This document shows, piece after piece, positions 40,311 through 45,212 of a stretch of 45,212 nucleotides of DNA; the stretch's first letter is position 1, and the number at the start of each line of letters is the position of its first letter. The position numbers were made by a program, and so were the translations under genes. Location of the stretch: NCBI GenBank assembly GCA_045133775.1, contig JBGUUU010000031.1, positions 1-45,212 on the forward strand, read 5' to 3'. Under the pieces are notes generated by a model that was not told the DNA's origin, ran no database searches, and worked only from the letters and a program-made list of their open reading frames with translations. This DNA comes from Christensenellaceae bacterium. GTDB taxonomy: Bacteria; Bacillota; Clostridia; Christensenellales; Borkfalkiaceae.

Positions 40311-41324
40311 ATGTTAAAAATTACTTCTCCAAACGGCACAGTTTGCCTTTATACGAAATCTGCGCAAGACTATCTACAAAATGGTGGCGACGTTGCAAAA
40401 TACTTTAACGAGCAACTTATAGAGTCTAACCAAGCTATACCAGTTTTTATTAGCTGGGAAACAGACAAGCCTGCGCACTCGTTTACAATTAAATATAGCG
40501 AAAACAAGTCTTTTGAAAACTGCCAAACGGTAGTTGCAGTAGGCAATGCAAACAGCGTAGAAGTTTATAATCTTTTAAAAGCTACTACCTACTACGTAGA
40601 AGTTTCTGCTCTTTTCACAGACGGCACTATTGAAAGCGCAACTCACACCTTTTCAACTATGGAAAAAGGACCACGCCCACTTAAAATCGACGGCATTTTT
40701 AATACTCGTGATATTGGTGGCTATCTTCTCGCTAACGGAAAACGCACTAAGCAAAATAAAATCTTCCGTGGGGGCGCGCTTTCGCCTTGCAAAGATAGCG
40801 AAACTATTGGGCTTACTGGTAGTGGTAGAAAATATATGAGCGAAGTTTTAGGCATTAAGACGGAAATCGACTTTAGGGGGCGTGAAGAAGCCCAAAAGGG
40901 AGATGATAGCGAAATTCCTAACGCAAACCTTTATTACACAATCTTGAACGGATACGACGCTATAATAAACCACGCAGAGAGTTGCCGTGAACTGTTTTCT
41001 ATATTAGCAAATGAAAAAAATTATCCTGTCTATCTTCATTGCACAGGTGGAGCAGATAGAACGGGAACCGTTTGCTACCTTATAAACGCCTTGCTTGGCG
41101 TAGATGAGCAAACCCTTATCGAAGACTATGAATTTACAACCTTTTCTTACTATACGATAAGAAGCACTAAAAGCGAATGGACTGAGCCACTTTGGAAAAA
41201 GTTTATGAATATCATCAACTCGCAAGAAGGAAATACGCTTTCAGAAAAAGTTGAAAACCTACTCCTTTCAATGGGTGTAGATATAGAGAATATAAATTCA
41301 GTTAGAAAAATAATGATTGATTAA
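40311..41324 (+). CDS. Fn3-like domain plus CX5R protein-tyrosine-phosphatase-like enzyme (Y_phosphatase3-type)
   Basis: Active-site loop HCTGGADRTGTV, preceded by NTRDIGGY. The N-terminal ~115 aa are a beta-sandwich-like domain. Paralogous to 43393-45212. Confidence 0.7.
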   Translation: MLKITSPNGTVCLYTKSAQDYLQNGGDVAKYFNEQLIESNQAIPVFISWETDKPAHSFTIKYSENKSFENCQTVVAVGNANSVEVYNLLKATTYYVEVSALFTDGTIESATHTFSTMEKGPRPLKIDGIFNTRDIGGYLLANGKRTKQNKIFRGGALSPCKDSETIGLTGSGRKYMSEVLGIKTEIDFRGREEAQKGDDSEIPNANLYYTILNGYDAIINHAESCRELFSILANEKNYPVYLHCTGGADRTGTVCYLINALLGVDEQTLIEDYEFTTFSYYTIRSTKSEWTEPLWKKFMNIINSQEGNTLSEKVENLLLSMGVDIENINSVRKIMID

Positions 41325-41336
41325 AGGATACTATTT

Positions 41337-42596
41337 ATGCAAAATTTTAAAAGAACAAAATTTGCTTGCTACTCGGCATATTTTACAATGTCGTCTGTTT
41401 TTTGCTTGCCACCACTACTATTTGTAACGTTTAGAAATACGTTTGGCATATCTTACACTCTACTTGGCACGCTTATACTTGTAAACTTCTGCACACAGCT
41501 TGCAGTTGACTTGTTTTTTACGGCTTTTTCGCACAAGTTAAATCATAAGTTTATAGTTAAGACAATGCCGTTAGTTACAACCTTAGGTTTGTTACTTTAT
41601 GCGCTTATACCAACGTATTTCCCTAACGTAGCATATTTGGGGTTACTTATAGGAACGGTTATTTTTTCAATTTCGGCAGGTCTTTCTGAAGTGCTTTTAA
41701 GCCCAACGATTGCTGCGCTTCCATCAGACAACCCACAAAGAGATATGAGCACGTTGCACTCGCTTTACGCGTTTGGTGTTTTCTTTGTTGCTACGGTTAG
41801 CACGGTATTTTTAAAAATTTTCGGCACGGAAAATTGGATGTGGCTTGTAATTTTGTTTGCATTATTCCCAATAATTGCAGCAACTCTCTTCGCTATTTCT
41901 CCAATGCCTGAAATGAGCGCAGACCACTCTGCTATTAAAGAAGTTAGAACTAGAAGTAATACGGTTGGCATTATTCTTTGCGTTGCTTGTATTTTCTTTG
42001 GCGCGTGCGCAGAAAACGCTATGTCTAACTGGATTTCTAGCTTTATGGAAAACTCGCTTAAAATAGATAAAGCGCTTGGCGATATTTTAGGTCTTGCCTT
42101 TTTTGCAATACTACTCGGCTTAGTTAGAATTTTATATGCAAAATTCGGCAAAAACATATTTAAAACCTTGCTTATCGGTATGATTGGCGCAACTTGTTGT
42201 TACCTTGTCGTAGGTCTTTTTACAAGCACTATTCCAGTATTTATAGCCTGCGTATTGACGGGAGCGTTTACTGCAATGCTTTGGCCGGGCACACTTATTA
42301 TGATGGAAGAAAAAATGCCAAAACTTGGAGTTTCTGCATACGCTCTTATGGCGGCGGGTGGAGATTTAGGCGCATCTGTTGCCCCACAGCTTTTAGGCAT
42401 TGTAACAGACACGGTAACTGCAAGCCCAATAGGAGCACAAATAGCATCTAGTTTAAGCCTTACAGCCGAGCAAATAGGCTTAAAGGCAGGAATGCTCGTA
42501 ACTGCAATCTTCCCACTTATCGGCGCAATAGTAGTTATAATTGCAATGCGCTACTTTAAAAAGCAAGATGCTAAAAATAACGTTATAGAAAGATAA
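41337..42596 (+). CDS. MFS transporter
   Basis: 419 aa; about 12 hydrophobic segments. Confidence 0.7.
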   Translation: MQNFKRTKFACYSAYFTMSSVFCLPPLLFVTFRNTFGISYTLLGTLILVNFCTQLAVDLFFTAFSHKLNHKFIVKTMPLVTTLGLLLYALIPTYFPNVAYLGLLIGTVIFSISAGLSEVLLSPTIAALPSDNPQRDMSTLHSLYAFGVFFVATVSTVFLKIFGTENWMWLVILFALFPIIAATLFAISPMPEMSADHSAIKEVRTRSNTVGIILCVACIFFGACAENAMSNWISSFMENSLKIDKALGDILGLAFFAILLGLVRILYAKFGKNIFKTLLIGMIGATCCYLVVGLFTSTIPVFIACVLTGAFTAMLWPGTLIMMEEKMPKLGVSAYALMAAGGDLGASVAPQLLGIVTDTVTASPIGAQIASSLSLTAEQIGLKAGMLVTAIFPLIGAIVVIIAMRYFKKQDAKNNVIER

Positions 42597-42693
42597 AACA
42601 AAGGCGAAACTTGCAATAAAACAGAACGATAAATAAGAATTTGTCGAGTAGAATATTGAGTGTGCAAGAATAAGTAGAAGGAGAACACGAGCA

Positions 42694-43158
42694 ATGATTA
42701 AATACAGCATCACAAAAAATGATATAAAAACGCAAGCGACAACCCTTGCAGTGTTTAAATTGAAGCCTTTACTTATTATTGGAGCGGTTGCACTTCCTCT
42801 TTCAATATATTTCCTTATAGTCGGATATGCTTCATCTGAGGCAGAAGCACTTAAAATGGGATACCCCTCGTTGTTAATTTCAGTCCTCGCAGTAGTTATG
42901 TTTGTGGCACAGTATTCGGCATTCAACAAAGCTCTATTGGCTCATTTCGAGAAAAACGCAGAAGATGACAAGGTGGAATACAGTATTGCAAAAATCGAGG
43001 GCAATATAGAAATAGCATGTACTTCCGATAAATTCAGCTTTGCAACGGTGGATATTGAAAAAGTATCTTGCACAAAAAACAATATTATCGTAAGACTTGG
43101 AAATAAAATGCTCCTTGCATTCCCGAAGCAAGAGGATATTTTTAAATTACTTCAATAA
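42694..43158 (+). CDS. Hypothetical membrane protein (possibly YcxB-like)
   Basis: 154 aa; two adjacent TM segments followed by a soluble domain; SD GAAGGAG. Confidence 0.4.
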   Translation: MIKYSITKNDIKTQATTLAVFKLKPLLIIGAVALPLSIYFLIVGYASSEAEALKMGYPSLLISVLAVVMFVAQYSAFNKALLAHFEKNAEDDKVEYSIAKIEGNIEIACTSDKFSFATVDIEKVSCTKNNIIVRLGNKMLLAFPKQEDIFKLLQ

Positions 43159-43210
43159 GCAAAACGGAAATGTATTGACCGTCAAATTCCAATTTATCGA
43201 ACAGAATAAA

Positions 43211-43252
43211 TTAACCCCCACAGATTTAAAATCTGTGGGGGTTAATTATTTG
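43211..43252. terminator. Bidirectional terminator (long perfect hairpin)
   Basis: TTAACCCCCACAGATTT/AAATCTGTGGGGGTTAA with T-rich sequence on both sides. Confidence 0.65.
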
Positions 43253-43327
43253 TTTACTGCGGAGCAAATCTGCATCCTATAAGCAAACATCCTTATGCAA
43301 AGTTCTTTTAGATTCACTTTATATTTA

Positions 43328-43378
43328 TGCAGCTACTAACCGGATTTGAACCGGTGACCTCGATTTTTTGTCGAGGTC
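43328..43378 (-). other. tRNA-like 3' fragment (T-arm plus acceptor-like strand): possible tRNA remnant or integration scar
   Basis: Minus strand: GACCTCGA-caaaaaa-TCGAGGTC then ACCGG-TTCAAAT-CCGGT-TAGTAGC. The T-arm is canonical (GGTTCAAATCC). There is no matching 5' acceptor strand or D-arm upstream, and the anticodon-like loop lacks U33. Confidence 0.3.
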
Positions 43379-43392
43379 TTTCATTTTATTGT

Positions 43393-45212
43393 TTATTCAC
43401 AAATTGTCAAAGACGTAACAGCATCCGTACGAATCCAAAACGTCATTTTCATACTAGCTTCAGGTATCTCATTTGCTACACGCGATTGAAATACATACGT
43501 ATGCTCATAAATGCTATTGCCACTTTCCGCTTTAATCGTTAAAACAGGTTTATTATCAATGATTTTTACAGTCATATATAGCGTAGCCCCACCATCAAAC
43601 ATGGTATTAGGCAAGTGCATACCCGTATTTCGACCAACTTCTTTCATATTACCGCTTGCATCTATCGTATAAGGGCGCATTTCCCCGCCACGACATTCAA
43701 ACCCATAACTACCGATAAATACTCTCAATCCACCTTCCGTATTTGCAACAGTCGTTGTTTGCATTTTTACGAGAGCTGTTTTACCGTAACCAATTGTTCC
43801 CGTGCTTACAAGCGGTGTTCTATTAGCTGTAAGTTTAATTTCCCCTTGCTCGTTAAACGCAAAAATCTGGTTCATTGTTACTATATTTAATTCTTTCCAA
43901 TCTAACGTAAATTCCGTTTCCGTTCCGTCATTAAAGACAACCTTACACAAAGTATCCCCATCAGGTAAAGATGGAAGCTGTGCCGGTGTAACGGTAATTT
44001 TACCGTCAGAATAAGTAAAGGCTGTTTCAACGTTACCAATATATAATTTGCTAGGTATCTTCTTACCAACTAAAGAAAGAACTAAATCGCCATCCACGTT
44101 CTTTATATAAGAAGCAGGAGCATATATTGTTGCTTTTGTAGGCTCACCAAAAAATATTGCTTTAATATTATAAATTTCCGTTTCGGTTACACCAATAGAA
44201 AGCAAATAATTCTCTGTTTTTTCCTGCAATGAATTTCCCGGATACGTCTTCAATGTTGTAAGGAATGGTTGGAAATAATTATTTGCCCAGTCCCCAGAAT
44301 GCGCATTACGAATATTATAAGTTGAAAAACTTGTAAATTCATATCCTTGAATACACTCTAATTTCGACACACCAAGAAGCGCATGCAATAAAAACGTCAC
44401 CGTTCCTGTTCTATCTGCCCCACCTGTACAATGATAATACAATGGGTAATTGTTTTCGTCTGCTAAATAAGAGAATATTTTACGATAGCCTTCTTTAGAA
44501 GTAAATGCAGCCGAATAACCACCTACAGTGATATAAGTAAGCGTTGCACCTGGGATTACACTACCCCCTTCAACACCCGATTCTTCAGCATTACGGAAAT
44601 CAAGCTCTGCCTTAATTCCCATTACTTCGCTCATATATAGTTTACCATCATCGGTAAGATTACTTGTATATATATCTTTAGGTGGGGGAGTCAATGATCC
44701 GCCTCGATACGCTATACCTTGCACGATTGTTTTACCAAATGAAGTCTCATACCCACCTAAATCTCTTACGTTATGTATAGCATCAATCTTCATAACACGT
44801 GGTCCAAGCGACGTCGTTTGAAATTCGCTTTCTGCTATATCAAGCGTTTCGCCTTCAGAATCTAATGCTTCCACACTTACGTAATAAGTTGTTCCCCTAT
44901 ACAAGTTATATAAATCAACCGAACGTTTTGAAGAGCTAACTTCAACCGAAATAGCATCAGAAAAATCCACCTTAGTTGCATAGCTTACAAGAAACTTTTT
45001 TACATTTTCCCCTTCATATTCCCACTTCACTTTAATAGGCGCATAAGCATTATCCATTAGCTTAAAATAATCAGCAACGTCCGCGCCTTCTCCTGCTTGC
45101 AAATACTCTTTAGCTGCATCTGCATAAGGAAAAACTTCTCCTACTGGAGCAGTAATCATAAGAGTATATTCAATAGGTGATTCACTCTCGCTCTCGCTTT
45201 CACTCTCACTTT
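43393..45212 (-). CDS. Fn3-like plus CX5R phosphatase-like protein with a ~260-aa extra C-terminal beta-rich region; 5' end outside the window
   Basis: HCTGGADRTGTV and NVRDLGGY motifs, paralogous to 40311-41324. The reading frame stays open upstream of the track's Met to the window edge through a (SE)n linker (SESESESESESPIEYTL-MITAP...). Confidence 0.7.
   Translation of the reverse strand, partial: SESESESESESPIEYTLMITAPVGEVFPYADAAKEYLQAGEGADVADYFKLMDNAYAPIKVKWEYEGENVKKFLVSYATKVDFSDAISVEVSSSKRSVDLYNLYRGTTYYVSVEALDSEGETLDIAESEFQTTSLGPRVMKIDAIHNVRDLGGYETSFGKTIVQGIAYRGGSLTPPPKDIYTSNLTDDGKLYMSEVMGIKAELDFRNAEESGVEGGSVIPGATLTYITVGGYSAAFTSKEGYRKIFSYLADENNYPLYYHCTGGADRTGTVTFLLHALLGVSKLECIQGYEFTSFSTYNIRNAHSGDWANNYFQPFLTTLKTYPGNSLQEKTENYLLSIGVTETEIYNIKAIFFGEPTKATIYAPASYIKNVDGDLVLSLVGKKIPSKLYIGNVETAFTYSDGKITVTPAQLPSLPDGDTLCKVVFNDGTETEFTLDWKELNIVTMNQIFAFNEQGEIKLTANRTPLVSTGTIGYGKTALVKMQTTTVANTEGGLRVFIGSYGFECRGGEMRPYTIDASGNMKEVGRNTGMHLPNTMFDGGATLYMTVKIIDNKPVLTIKAESGNSIYEHTYVFQSRVANEIPEASMKMTFWIRTDAVTSLTICE

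Noticed and set aside
42480-42929. 149-aa minus-strand ORF
   Set aside because: It overlaps the 3' end of the MFS gene and the 5' end of the 42694-43158 gene on the opposite strand. It has no SD and looks like an antisense artefact.
45160-45212. GAGAGY tandem nucleotide repeat at the window end
   Set aside because: It is in frame with the downstream phosphatase-like ORF and encodes a (Ser-Glu)n low-complexity linker. It is not an independent repeat element.

Overview
This 45.2-kb window looks like low-GC Firmicutes/Clostridia chromosome from a probable spore-former, since it carries a spoIVFA/spoIVFB-like pair. Most of it is housekeeping. Left to right: the 3' end of an IS30-family transposase; an unannotated 49-aa Cys/Thr-rich ORF divergent from an ArsR/SmtB regulator; class II fructose-bisphosphate aldolase; a TM1266-like small regulator plus a NitT/TauT-type ABC importer behind a terminator-containing leader; a MazF toxin with no antitoxin; an HTH(XRE)-fused glutamine-dependent NAD synthetase. 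A long minus-strand block follows: pyrimidine operon pyrC-carB-pyrK-pyrD-pyrF-pyrE-pyrB (no carA, no PyrR leader), preceded by a PRT-fold protein with a degenerate PRPP loop. Next comes a tightly coupled 5-gene operon: DUF4116 repeat protein, DUF2201/vWA protein, AAA+ (AAA_5/MoxR-like) ATPase and a heterodimeric ABC exporter. After that: rluD, lspA, pncB, a tandem-OB SSB-like protein, a polysaccharide deacetylase, an XRE-cupin regulator with potABCD, spoIVFB/FA-like genes, a Sel1 protein and a CaCA antiporter. The window ends with two paralogous Fn3+CX5R phosphatases flanking an MFS transporter and a tRNA-like T-arm fragment. Three signals the ORF track does not explain stand out. (1) A roughly 121-nt structured interspersed repeat occurs in 7 copies in the first 18 kb. 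It has terminal inverted repeats, TA flanks and compensatory base changes between copies. Four copies abut stop codons, three in the same register. (2) A ZTP (pfl-type) riboswitch has its own promoter and terminator but no downstream ORF; it reads into two repeat copies. (3) The DUF4116-vWA-AAA+-ABC operon is the best candidate for an uncharacterised protein system. All family assignments come from motif recognition by eye. No database search was run.
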